A stretch of DNA of 64,000 nt from positions 519 through 64,518 of the forward strand of contig CAZBUW010000003.1 of NCBI GenBank assembly GCA_964495195.1. Reading direction: 5' to 3'. Of this stretch, positions 38,123 to 46,566 are shown piece by piece (within the stretch, counting starts at the first letter, position 1; each line of letters begins with the position of its first letter). Below the pieces are notes generated by a model. That model searched no databases and was not told where the DNA came from. It saw only the letters and a program-made list of their open reading frames with translations. The DNA is from an uncultured Roseburia sp. (lineage in GTDB: Bacteria; Bacillota; Clostridia; Lachnospirales; Lachnospiraceae). The position numbers were made by a program, and so were the translations under genes.

Positions 38123-39016
38123 ATGGATATTAATTTAGAATATTATAAAATATTTTATTATGTTGCAAAGAAACGAAGCATCACGGCGGCAGCGGAGATT
38201 CTAAATATCTCCCAGCCAGCGGTCAGCCAGGCCGTCAAGCATCTCGAGAGTGACTTGGGCTGTATCCTGTTTGTGCGGATGTCAAAGGGAGTCAGGCTGA
38301 CAAAGGAGGGGGAGATGCTCTTCTCCTATGTCGAGCGCGGCTATGAGACGATCTGCTTCGGGGAGCAAAAGCTGAACGAGATGCTGAATCTGGATGCGGG
38401 GGAAATCCGCATCGGGGCGAGCGATATGACGCTCCAGTTCTATCTGTTGGATTACTTGGAACTTTTTCATGAGAAGTATCCGGGAATCAAGGTCATCGTC
38501 ACAAACGCGCCGACGCCGGAGACGCTGCAGCATCTAAAGGACGGAAAAATTGATTTCGGGATTGTCAGCACACCGATTCCCGAGACGGAAAAGCTTCATC
38601 TGACCGCAGTGCGAAAGATTCGGGATGTGTTTGTGGCGGGGAGCCATTTTCAGGAATTGAAGGGGGTGTCCCTATCCTATCAGGAACTCGAAAAGTTTCC
38701 GGTCATGTGTCTCGAGGGAACGACGTCCACGAGAAGATATGTGGAGAATTTTTTGCTGGAGCAGGGGGTACGGCTGAACCCTGAATTTGAGCTCGCGACC
38801 AGCGATATGTTGGTTCAGTTCGCTGTCCGCAATCTGGGAATCGCGAGTGTCGTCGAGGATTTTGCCAGAAAAAAAATCGCAGAGGGAGAGCTCTTTGAGC
38901 TGACATTTGGACAGCAGATTCCGGAGCGTCAAATCGGGATTGTGACAAACGAGAGGCTTCCGATGTCGGCGGCGGCGGAGAGACTTTTGGAGTTTTTGTT
39001 TCGTATGCGAAAATAA
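38123..39016 (+). CDS. LysR-family transcriptional regulator
   Basis: N-terminal HTH FYYVAKKRSITAAAEILNISQPAVSQAVKHLE plus a LysR substrate-binding domain. Confidence 0.9.
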   Translation: MDINLEYYKIFYYVAKKRSITAAAEILNISQPAVSQAVKHLESDLGCILFVRMSKGVRLTKEGEMLFSYVERGYETICFGEQKLNEMLNLDAGEIRIGASDMTLQFYLLDYLELFHEKYPGIKVIVTNAPTPETLQHLKDGKIDFGIVSTPIPETEKLHLTAVRKIRDVFVAGSHFQELKGVSLSYQELEKFPVMCLEGTTSTRRYVENFLLEQGVRLNPEFELATSDMLVQFAVRNLGIASVVEDFARKKIAEGELFELTFGQQIPERQIGIVTNERLPMSAAAERLLEFLFRMRK

Positions 39017-39097
39017 CATAATGCGTAATTATGTTAAATATAATAAATATTAATTTTACTTATGATGATAAATTTTGTATAATCAATAAGTAAAAGC

Positions 39098-39124
39098 GGA
39101 CAGGTTTTTACACCTGTCCTTTTT
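39098..39124 (+). terminator. intrinsic terminator hairpin 34 nt upstream of the purA start
   Basis: GGACAGGT-TTTTAC-ACCTGTCC followed by TTTTT. Confidence 0.6.
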
Positions 39125-39158
39125 GTTCTGTTAGAAAACAAAACCAGGAGGATGAAAG

Positions 39159-40433
39159 ATGGTTACAGCAGTAGTAGGAGCCAATTGGGGCGATGAGGGA
39201 AAAGGTAAAATTACAGATATGCTTGCGAAGGAAGCGGATATTATTGTGCGCTTTCAGGGTGGAGCGAATGCGGGGCATACCATTGTAAATAATTACGGAA
39301 AGTTTGCATTGCACACGCTTCCATCCGGTGTTTTTTACGGTCATACAACAAGTATCATTGGAAATGGCGTCGCACTTGACATTCCAAAGTTGTTTCATGA
39401 GATTAAGTCCATCACGGACAGGGATGTGCCTGCGCCGAAGATTTTAGTGTCGGACAGAGCGCAGATTGTAATGCCGTACCATGTGCTTTTCGATCAATAT
39501 GAGGAAGAGCGTCTCGGAAAGAATTCATTCGGTTCGACAAAGTCTGGAATCGCACCATTTTATTCGGATAAATATGCAAAAATCGGTTTTCAGGTCAGCG
39601 AATTGTTTGACGAGGAACTTCTGAAAGACAAGGTAAAACGCATTTGTGAGATGAAGAACATCATGTTGGAGCATATGTATCACAAACCGCTTTTAAAAGA
39701 GGAAGAATTGTTAGATACCCTGCATGAATATCGCGAGATGGTGGCTCCTTACGTCTGCGATGTATCCTTGTATTTAGATAAGGCAATCAGGGAGGGCAGG
39801 AATATCCTCTTAGAGGGACAGCTTGGAACCTTGAAAGACCCGGATCACGGAATTTATCCGATGGTGACATCCTCCTCTACCCTCGCAGCGTACGGGGCAA
39901 TCGGAGCCGGGATTCCTCCGTATGAGATTAAAAAAATTGTGACGGTGTGCAAAGCATACTCCTCCGCAGTGGGAGCGGGAGCTTTTGTCAGTGAGATTTT
40001 TGGCGAGGAGGCGGATGAACTGAGACGCCGCGGCGGAGATGGCGGAGAGTTCGGGGCTACCACAGGGCGTCCGAGACGTATGGGGTGGTTTGACTGTGTT
40101 GCGAGCAAGTACGGCTGCCGCATGCAGGGAACGACGGACGTTGCGTTCACGGTGCTCGATGTGCTGGGATATTTGGATGAGATTCCGGTCTGTGTGGGAT
40201 ATGAGATCGATGGGGAGGTGACGACGGACTTCCCTGTCACCTGTAAATTAGAGAAGGCAAAACCGGTGTTAAAGAACCTTCCGGGCTGGAAGTGCGATAT
40301 CCGCGGAATCAAAAAGTACGAGGATCTTCCGGAAAATTGCAGAAAATATATTGAGTTCATCGAGGAGCAGATTGGCTATCCGATCACAATGGTTTCAAAT
40401 GGACCGGGAAGGGACGATATCATCTATCGCTAG
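39159..40433 (+). CDS. purA: adenylosuccinate synthase
   Basis: GANWGDEGKGKITD P-loop, 424 aa, AGGAGG RBS. Confidence 0.97.
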   Translation: MVTAVVGANWGDEGKGKITDMLAKEADIIVRFQGGANAGHTIVNNYGKFALHTLPSGVFYGHTTSIIGNGVALDIPKLFHEIKSITDRDVPAPKILVSDRAQIVMPYHVLFDQYEEERLGKNSFGSTKSGIAPFYSDKYAKIGFQVSELFDEELLKDKVKRICEMKNIMLEHMYHKPLLKEEELLDTLHEYREMVAPYVCDVSLYLDKAIREGRNILLEGQLGTLKDPDHGIYPMVTSSSTLAAYGAIGAGIPPYEIKKIVTVCKAYSSAVGAGAFVSEIFGEEADELRRRGGDGGEFGATTGRPRRMGWFDCVASKYGCRMQGTTDVAFTVLDVLGYLDEIPVCVGYEIDGEVTTDFPVTCKLEKAKPVLKNLPGWKCDIRGIKKYEDLPENCRKYIEFIEEQIGYPITMVSNGPGRDDIIYR

Positions 40434-40445
40434 AGGAAACAGCGG

Positions 40446-40484
40446 AGGCAGAGGGAAATGCAAGGCATGGCTCTCTGCCTTTTT
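40446..40484 (+). terminator. intrinsic terminator after purA
   Basis: AGGCAGAG...CTCTGCCT stem followed by TTTT. The T tract is part of the left copy of the duplicated target site. Confidence 0.7.
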
Positions 40485-40489
40485 ATCGA
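40479..40489. repeat. left copy of the 11-bp direct repeat CTTTTTATCGA (target-site duplication)
   Basis: An identical 11-mer recurs at 40698-40708, immediately outside the two termini of the element. Confidence 0.8.
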
Positions 40490-40697
40490 TAGGCGATTGT
40501 GAAACTCTAAATTTCTAATTTGGCGTTGTACAATATAGACATATCCCCGCAGGGCACTTTGGAGCCGTCGGTACTTAGGTGCCGTATTTTGGCACCTTAT
40601 GTACCGCTACGAGCGACAAGTAGCAAACGCGTGCCCAGCGGGATATGGTCTGTATTGTACAGCGGCAATAAGAAAAACAGAGTTTTGTAAACGCCTA
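40490..40697 (-). mobile_element. copy B of the ~209-bp palindromic MITE-like element (inverted relative to copy A)
   Basis: Termini TAGGCGATTGTGAAACTCT / AGAGTTTTGTAAACGCCTA. The reverse complement aligns to 13203-13411 with about 25 differences. Flanked by a perfect 11-bp direct repeat. Confidence 0.8.
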
Positions 40698-40708
40698 CTT
40701 TTTATCGA
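40698..40708. repeat. right copy of the 11-bp direct repeat CTTTTTATCGA
   Basis: See 40479-40489. Confidence 0.8.
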
Positions 40709-40729
40709 ACAGGAAAGGAGCAGGATACA

Positions 40730-41344
40730 ATGATAAAAAATATTATTTTTGACGTGGGAAAAGTGCTGGTGGAATTTGACTGGGAGAGTGCTTTTCGAAA
40801 ACTCGGCTTCGCCGGGGAGACCTTCGAGGCTGTGGCGGATGCGACGGTGCGCTCAAAGGAGTGGAATGAGTATGACAGGAGTGCGAAAAATGACGAGGAG
40901 CAGCTCGCATACTTTATCAGCAGAGCGCCGGAATATGAGAGGGAGATTCGTCTGTTCTGGGACAACATGGGACTTCCCATCTGGCAGTATGACTATGCGA
41001 TGAATCTGGTCAGAGGTCTTAAGAAGAACGGGTACCACACCTACATTTTGTCAAATTATTCGCGCCACACTTACGACTGTACGAGGGAAGCGCTCTCGTT
41101 TGAAAAGGAGATGGACGGCGTTATTTTTTCCTACCAGGTGGGGTATATCAAACCGGAGCCGGAAATCTACCGGACGCTGTTGGAGCGCTATCAATTGAAG
41201 CCGGAGGAGTGTGTCTTTTTAGATGACAAGAGGGAGAACCTCTCGGCGGCAGAACAGTTTGGCATCCGGACAATCCAGTTTACCGGCCTTGCGCAGGCGA
41301 AGTGCGAGTTGGAAGCCCTCGGTGTCGATGTGAGAGGGGTGTAG
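40730..41344 (+). CDS. HAD-superfamily hydrolase (subfamily IA)
   Basis: Motif I IIFDVGKVLV and motif IV FLDDKRENL. AAGGAG RBS. Confidence 0.85.
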   Translation: MIKNIIFDVGKVLVEFDWESAFRKLGFAGETFEAVADATVRSKEWNEYDRSAKNDEEQLAYFISRAPEYEREIRLFWDNMGLPIWQYDYAMNLVRGLKKNGYHTYILSNYSRHTYDCTREALSFEKEMDGVIFSYQVGYIKPEPEIYRTLLERYQLKPEECVFLDDKRENLSAAEQFGIRTIQFTGLAQAKCELEALGVDVRGV

Positions 41345-41425
41345 TACCCCCCTCTGGGGAATAATCGTAACAGTTCAGCCCACACCATTAATCTGGTCAT
41401 ACCAGATACCAGAAAAAGAAATACG

Positions 41426-41454
41426 TTGCAAAACACGCTACAATATGTTAAAAT
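41426..41454 (+). promoter_or_regulatory. promoter TTGCAA-17-TAAAAT upstream of the hyp operon
   Basis: Hexamers at 41426-41431 and 41449-41454. Confidence 0.5.
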
Positions 41455-41467
41455 ATTATCAAAGACT

Positions 41468-41513
41468 GAGGTATGGCCAGCGGGGAAAACTATCTGGTTG
41501 ATACCTCTTTTTT
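41468..41513 (+). terminator. terminator-like hairpin + T6 just downstream of the predicted promoter (attenuator, or late terminator of the HAD gene)
   Basis: GAGGTAT(GGCCAG...CTGGTT)GATACCTC followed by TTTTTT. Confidence 0.6.
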
Positions 41514-41612
41514 ACGAGGGCAGCATGCATCGCCGGCAGGGGGTGTTTTAGCCGGTGGCAATAAGGCAAGGCTTGAAAATGGGTTGAATAATTAGGATAA
41601 GGAGGAAATGAA

Positions 41613-42284
41613 GTGAAGGATTTTAAGGTGATTGAAGTGAAGAGGAGCATCTTCGAGGACAACGACGCAGATGCGCAGCGGCTTAGGGACGAGCTGAAAG
41701 CGGAGAAGACCTTTTTGCTGAACCTGATGTCTTCTCCGGGAGCGGGAAAGACGACAACGCTTAAGAGAACCATTTCGATGTTGAAAGATGAGATGCGAAT
41801 CGGCGTTATGGAGGCGGATATCGATTCCGATGTGGATGCGGAGGCAATCGCAGAGACAGGAGTCCGCGCGATTCAGATTCACACGGGGGGAATGTGCCAT
41901 CTCGATGCGGATATGACGAGACAGGGAATCCGCGAATTCGGGACGAAGGATTTAGATCTGGTTGTTTTAGAGAATGTGGGGAATCTGGTGTGCCCGGCAG
42001 AATTTGATACGGGAAGTGCAAAGAATGCGATGATTCTCTCCGTTCCGGAGGGTGACGACAAACCGTTAAAATATCCGTTGATGTTTTCTATCTGCGACGT
42101 CGTGCTGGTCAACAAATGTGATACGCTCAGTGTCTTTGATGATTTCAGCAAGGAGGCGGTCAGGGAGAGAATTTTAAAACTCAATCCGAATGCGCAGGTG
42201 ATTTTCGTCTCGGCGAAGACCGGCGAGGGATTTGAGGAGTGGGCAGAATGGCTCCGCACGCAGGTGAAGAACTGGAATGCATGA
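41613..42284 (+). CDS. hypB: hydrogenase/urease-type nickel incorporation GTPase HypB
   Basis: GTG start 6 nt after AAGGAGGA. P-loop SSPGAGKTT, metal-site GGMCHLD, ENVGNLVCPA, NKCD. Confidence 0.9.
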   Translation: MKDFKVIEVKRSIFEDNDADAQRLRDELKAEKTFLLNLMSSPGAGKTTTLKRTISMLKDEMRIGVMEADIDSDVDAEAIAETGVRAIQIHTGGMCHLDADMTRQGIREFGTKDLDLVVLENVGNLVCPAEFDTGSAKNAMILSVPEGDDKPLKYPLMFSICDVVLVNKCDTLSVFDDFSKEAVRERILKLNPNAQVIFVSAKTGEGFEEWAEWLRTQVKNWNA

Positions 42285-42334
42285 GATGCGCAGCAATGAG
42301 CAAAGAGTGAGAGTATAGAAATGAGGTACAAGTG

Positions 42335-45058
42335 ATGGCTGAAGAAAGAGAATTAATCTTAAAATTAGGAAAGAAAATTACAGACCGTATCCCATATAAA
42401 TTGGGAAAGAAAAAACTGACGGTCAATGACCCGGAATATTTTGGACTGGCGAGCGTTGTGACAGACGAGATGGCAACAATCGCCCTCACAATGGATGTGC
42501 GCAAACCGGAGACATTAGAACAGCTAGCAAAGAAGAATCCGCAGCACAGCAAGGAAGAATTGGAGAAATTGCTTCAGGAGATGTCAGTCATAGGTCTCAT
42601 AGAGTACAATTGGGAGAATCCAAAACACGAGAAACAGTATGTACTTCCGATGTTTGTTCCGGGATGTGCAGAGTTTATGGTTATGAACAAAAAGCAGGTC
42701 GAGGAACATACCGAGATTGCTGATTTTTTTGAGCAGATGGCGAGACTTCCGCTCGAGAAGGTGACACCAATGGTTCCGCTCGGCGGCGCCGGAATCGGAA
42801 TGCATGTCATTCCGGTGGAGAAGGCAATCCCGGCAGAACAGGAGTCTGCAAGTGTGGAACATATTTCACACTGGATGAAAAAATACGAGGGAAAATACGC
42901 AGTGGGACTTTGTTCCTGCCGTCTCCAGCAGAAGATTCGCGGCGAGGGTACCGGTGATATTGAGGGAGAATGGTGTATCGGTGTCGGCGATATGGCGGAT
43001 TATCTCGTTGAGACAAACAAAGGACGCTATATTGACAAAAAGGAAGCATTAGAGATTATCGAGCGCGCGGAAGAGATGGGATATGTCCATCAGATTACCA
43101 ATATCGACGGGGAGGATAAGATTTTTGCAATCTGTAACTGTGCAGTAGGTGTCTGCAATGCACTCCGTACATCTCAGCTGTTCAACACGCCGAATATGTC
43201 ACGTTCCGCATACCGTGCACACGTCGATAAGACAAAATGTGTTGCCTGCGGAAAATGTGTGGAGGTCTGCCCGGCAGGAGCAGCAAAACTCGGTCAGAAA
43301 TTGTGTGCGAAGGACGGAAGTGAGATTACATATCCAAAACATAAACTGCCTGACACAAACAAGTGGAGCAAAGCGGACTGGGATCCAAATTACCGCGACA
43401 ATAACAAACTCAATGTCTATGAGACAGGTACGGCACCTTGTAAGACAGCATGTCCGGCCCACTTACCGGTACAGGGCTATATCAAGATGGCGGCAGAGGG
43501 AAGATATATGGATGCACTCAAGCTGATTAAGACAGAGAATCCATTCCCTGCTGTCTGTGGTGCAATCTGTAACCGTCGCTGTGAGGACGCATGTACGCGA
43601 GGAACCATCGACAAGGCGGTGGCAATTGACGAGATCAAGAAATTTATCGCAGAGAAGGAAATCAATGCAGAGACGCGTTATGTGCCTCAGATGGTAAACC
43701 ACCTTGGACGCGGCGTGGAGATTGACACAAAGGTAGCGGTTGTGGGTGCAGGTCCTGCAGGAATGTCCGCGGCATTCTACTTAAGAAAGATGGGATACAA
43801 GGTAACGGTATTTGAAAAGAACCAGCGTGCCGGCGGTATGCTGATGAACGGAATCCCTTCCTTCCGTCTTGAGAAGAGCGTCATCGAAGCGGAGATCGAT
43901 GTGCTCCGCGAGATGGGAATTGAGTTTAAATGCGGTGTAGAAGTCGGAAAAGATATCACGATTCCGGAACTCAGAAGTCAGGGATATAAAGCATTTTATG
44001 TGGCAATCGGTGCACAGGGCGGTCGTAAGACCGGTGTTCCGGGAGAGGATGCGCAGGGCGTTGTGACAGGTGTTGACTTCCTGTTAGAGGCAAACACAAA
44101 AGAAGATGCAAATATGCTTAGTGGACGTACGGTTGTAGTTGGAGGAGGCAACGTGGCAGTTGATGTCGCTCGCACGGCACTTCGTTCCGGTTCCTCCGAG
44201 GTATCCATGTTCTGCCTTGAGACACGCGACATTATGCCTGCAGCAGACGATGAAGTGGAAGAGGCGGAAGAGGAAGGCATCGCAGTAAACTGTGGCTGGG
44301 GCCCGAAGGAGATTGTGACCGGGGACGGCAGGGTAAAAGCAATTGTATTTAAGAAATGTACCTCTGTAAAAGATGCTGACGGACGTTTCAACCCGCAGTA
44401 CGATGAGAATGATTTGATGACAGTCGAGTGTGAGAATGTTCTGCTGTCGATTGGTCAGTCCATCCAGTGGGGAGAACTTTTAGCGGGAACGAAGGTGGAA
44501 TTTAACCACAATGGAACTGCGGTTGCAGACCCTGTGACCTATCAGACTGCCGAGCCTGACATTTTTGTCGGAGGAGATGCCTATACAGGACCAAGATTTG
44601 CGATTGATGCGATTGCAGCAGGAAAAGAGGGATATGTGTCCATCCATCGTTTTGTCAACGAGGGACAGAGCCTTACGTTAGCGAGAGACCTTCGTATCTT
44701 CAAGGAATTAGATAAGAACAATATCTCTGTGGAGACTTACGACACGGCACAGCGCCAGGTACCGGGCAAGAAAGCGGGCGTATCAAAAGAGACATTCCGC
44801 GATCTCAGAAGCACGTTCACAGAGGAACAGGTCAAGACTGAGGCGGCGAGATGCTTAGGCTGTGGAGCTTCGGTCGTAGATGAGAATAAATGTATCGGCT
44901 GTGGACTCTGTACGACCAAGTGTGAATTTGACGCCATCCATCTGTCGAGAGATTTGCCGGATGCAAGCCGTATGTGGAAATCGGAGGACAAACTCAAGGC
45001 GATTGCACCATATGCTGCGAAGCGGGCAATCAAGATCAGATTCAGTAAGAAGGATTAA
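42335..45058 (+). CDS. multidomain Fe-S flavoprotein: unassigned Cys-rich N-terminal domain + 4Fe-4S ferredoxin + GltD-like NAD(P)H/FAD oxidoreductase + C-terminal 4Fe-4S
   Basis: CVACGKCVEVCP. GltD-type segment CPAHLPVQGYI...NPFPAVCGAICNRRCEDACTRG. Dinucleotide folds VAVVGAGPAGMSAA and VVVGGGNVAVDVA. C-terminal CLGCG...CIGCGLCTTKCEFDAI. The N-terminal 290 aa (GLCSCR ... ICNCAVGVCNAL) is not recognised. The track start is GTG42332. Confidence 0.8.
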   Translation: MAEERELILKLGKKITDRIPYKLGKKKLTVNDPEYFGLASVVTDEMATIALTMDVRKPETLEQLAKKNPQHSKEELEKLLQEMSVIGLIEYNWENPKHEKQYVLPMFVPGCAEFMVMNKKQVEEHTEIADFFEQMARLPLEKVTPMVPLGGAGIGMHVIPVEKAIPAEQESASVEHISHWMKKYEGKYAVGLCSCRLQQKIRGEGTGDIEGEWCIGVGDMADYLVETNKGRYIDKKEALEIIERAEEMGYVHQITNIDGEDKIFAICNCAVGVCNALRTSQLFNTPNMSRSAYRAHVDKTKCVACGKCVEVCPAGAAKLGQKLCAKDGSEITYPKHKLPDTNKWSKADWDPNYRDNNKLNVYETGTAPCKTACPAHLPVQGYIKMAAEGRYMDALKLIKTENPFPAVCGAICNRRCEDACTRGTIDKAVAIDEIKKFIAEKEINAETRYVPQMVNHLGRGVEIDTKVAVVGAGPAGMSAAFYLRKMGYKVTVFEKNQRAGGMLMNGIPSFRLEKSVIEAEIDVLREMGIEFKCGVEVGKDITIPELRSQGYKAFYVAIGAQGGRKTGVPGEDAQGVVTGVDFLLEANTKEDANMLSGRTVVVGGGNVAVDVARTALRSGSSEVSMFCLETRDIMPAADDEVEEAEEEGIAVNCGWGPKEIVTGDGRVKAIVFKKCTSVKDADGRFNPQYDENDLMTVECENVLLSIGQSIQWGELLAGTKVEFNHNGTAVADPVTYQTAEPDIFVGGDAYTGPRFAIDAIAAGKEGYVSIHRFVNEGQSLTLARDLRIFKELDKNNISVETYDTAQRQVPGKKAGVSKETFRDLRSTFTEEQVKTEAARCLGCGASVVDENKCIGCGLCTTKCEFDAIHLSRDLPDASRMWKSEDKLKAIAPYAAKRAIKIRFSKKD

Positions 45059-45070
45059 TGGAGAGCGGCG

Positions 45071-45415
45071 ATGCATGAATTAGGAATTATTGTACATGTT
45101 GCCAAATCGCTAGAGGCGATCGCAGAGGAGAATCATCTCGAGAAGATCGGGTCCGTTACGTTAGAAATCGGTGAGGTCAGCGGCGTCGTGCCGGAGTATC
45201 TGACAGACTGCTGGACGTATTACCGCAAAAAGCTGCCGATTCTTGCGGAGTCGGAAATGATTATTGAGAAGCTTCCTGCGGTCACCTTCTGTGAGGATTG
45301 TCATGAGACATACGAGACGGTAAAATACGGAAAAGTATGCCCACACTGCGGAAGCAGGGAGACTTACCTGGTGGTGGGAAATGAATGTAATATCAAAGAA
45401 ATTGAAGCATGTTAA
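45071..45415 (+). CDS. hypA: nickel metallochaperone HypA
   Basis: 114 aa. MHELGI N-terminus (Ni site) and Zn site CEDC...CPHCG. Confidence 0.9.
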   Translation: MHELGIIVHVAKSLEAIAEENHLEKIGSVTLEIGEVSGVVPEYLTDCWTYYRKKLPILAESEMIIEKLPAVTFCEDCHETYETVKYGKVCPHCGSRETYLVVGNECNIKEIEAC

Positions 45416-45433
45416 GCGATGCGGACAAGGATA

Positions 45434-45476
45434 ACAGTCCCCGTGACTGCCGAAAGGCAGTCACGGGGACTGTTTT
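45434..45476 (+). terminator. strong intrinsic terminator after hypA
   Basis: 18-bp perfect stem ACAGTCCCCGTGACTGCC-GAAA-GGCAGTCACGGGGACTGT followed by TTTT. Confidence 0.9.
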
Positions 45477-45585
45477 GTTATGGCGACGAGGAAAAAGTGT
45501 GGTCACAGTTTTATCACAATTTCATCTTATTTCTAACACATTTCTCTCATACACTAAATGGGATGTGTATGTGAAAAAGGAGGAA

Positions 45586-46566
45586 ATGAATGTGATTGAA
45601 ATTGATCATCTTGTAAAAAAATACGGGGATCATGTGGCGGTTGATGATCTGTCACTTTCTGTGGAACCCGGAAAAATCTATGGTTTTTTAGGACCGAACG
45701 GTGCCGGAAAGAGCACAACCATGAATATCATCACCGGATATTTAGGCGCCACCGGCGGAACCGTCAAGATCAACGGATACGATATTTTTGAGCAGCCGGA
45801 GGAGGCGAAGAAATGCGTGGGTTATCTGCCGGAGATGCCACCCCTCTATATGGATATGACAGTGCGGGAGTATCTTGACTTTGTCGCGGAGCTAAAAAAA
45901 ATAGACAGAAGCCTCCGCAAAAAATATGTGGGGGAGGCGATGGAGCTGACCGGGGTTGCCGAGGTGTCGGACCGCCTGATTCGGAATTTGTCTAAAGGGT
46001 ACCGGCAGCGGGTAGGATTTGCCCAGGCGGTGCTCGGATATCCGGAGGTCATCATCTTAGATGAGCCGACAGTCGGGCTTGACCCGAAGCAGATCATAGA
46101 AATCCGCGAGTTGATCAGGAAACTTGGGAAAAAGCATACCGTGATTTTAAGTTCCCATATTCTAACTGAGATCAGCGCGGTCTGCGATCACATTTTTATT
46201 CTGTCGAAGGGCAGGTTAGTCGCCAGCGATTCAACGGAGAATCTCACGCAACTGATGGCGGGAGCACAGGAGGTGCAGCTCGTCGCGCGCGGCGGGGCGG
46301 AGGATGTACAGCGTGCCATGCTCTCCATCGCGGAGGTCGCAAGGTGTGAACTCTTAGAGAGTGAGGAAGAACAAACTACAAAGATAAATATTATTGCAAA
46401 AAAGGAAGCGGACATCAGGGAAAAAGTGTTTGACGCATGTGTCGAAGGGCATTTTGCCATTTTGGAGATGCGGACAGTGACAAAGTCACTCGAGGATGTC
46501 TTCTTGGAATTGACAACAAAGGAAGGGGAAACAAAATATGTGGGCGATATGCAAGAGGGAATTTAA
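45586..46566 (+). CDS. ABC transporter ATP-binding protein (GldA-like, ABC-2 type)
   Basis: Walker A GPNGAGKST, signature LSKGYRQRV, Walker B IILDEPT. ATG45586 follows AGGAGG. The track start at 45409 spans the hypA terminator. Confidence 0.9.
   Translation: MNVIEIDHLVKKYGDHVAVDDLSLSVEPGKIYGFLGPNGAGKSTTMNIITGYLGATGGTVKINGYDIFEQPEEAKKCVGYLPEMPPLYMDMTVREYLDFVAELKKIDRSLRKKYVGEAMELTGVAEVSDRLIRNLSKGYRQRVGFAQAVLGYPEVIILDEPTVGLDPKQIIEIRELIRKLGKKHTVILSSHILTEISAVCDHIFILSKGRLVASDSTENLTQLMAGAQEVQLVARGGAEDVQRAMLSIAEVARCELLESEEEQTTKINIIAKKEADIREKVFDACVEGHFAILEMRTVTKSLEDVFLELTTKEGETKYVGDMQEGI

Noticed and set aside
41514-41612. Cobalamin or NiCo riboswitch in the hyp leader
   Set aside because: I could not find the B12 box or the conserved junction nucleotides of the NiCo class. 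Only generic GC-rich pairings are present.
45409-45585. N-terminal 59-aa extension of the ABC ATPase ORF
   Set aside because: The extension spans the 18-bp hypA terminator stem. An AGGAGG-ATG at 45586 gives the canonical N-terminus MNVIEIDHLVKKYG.
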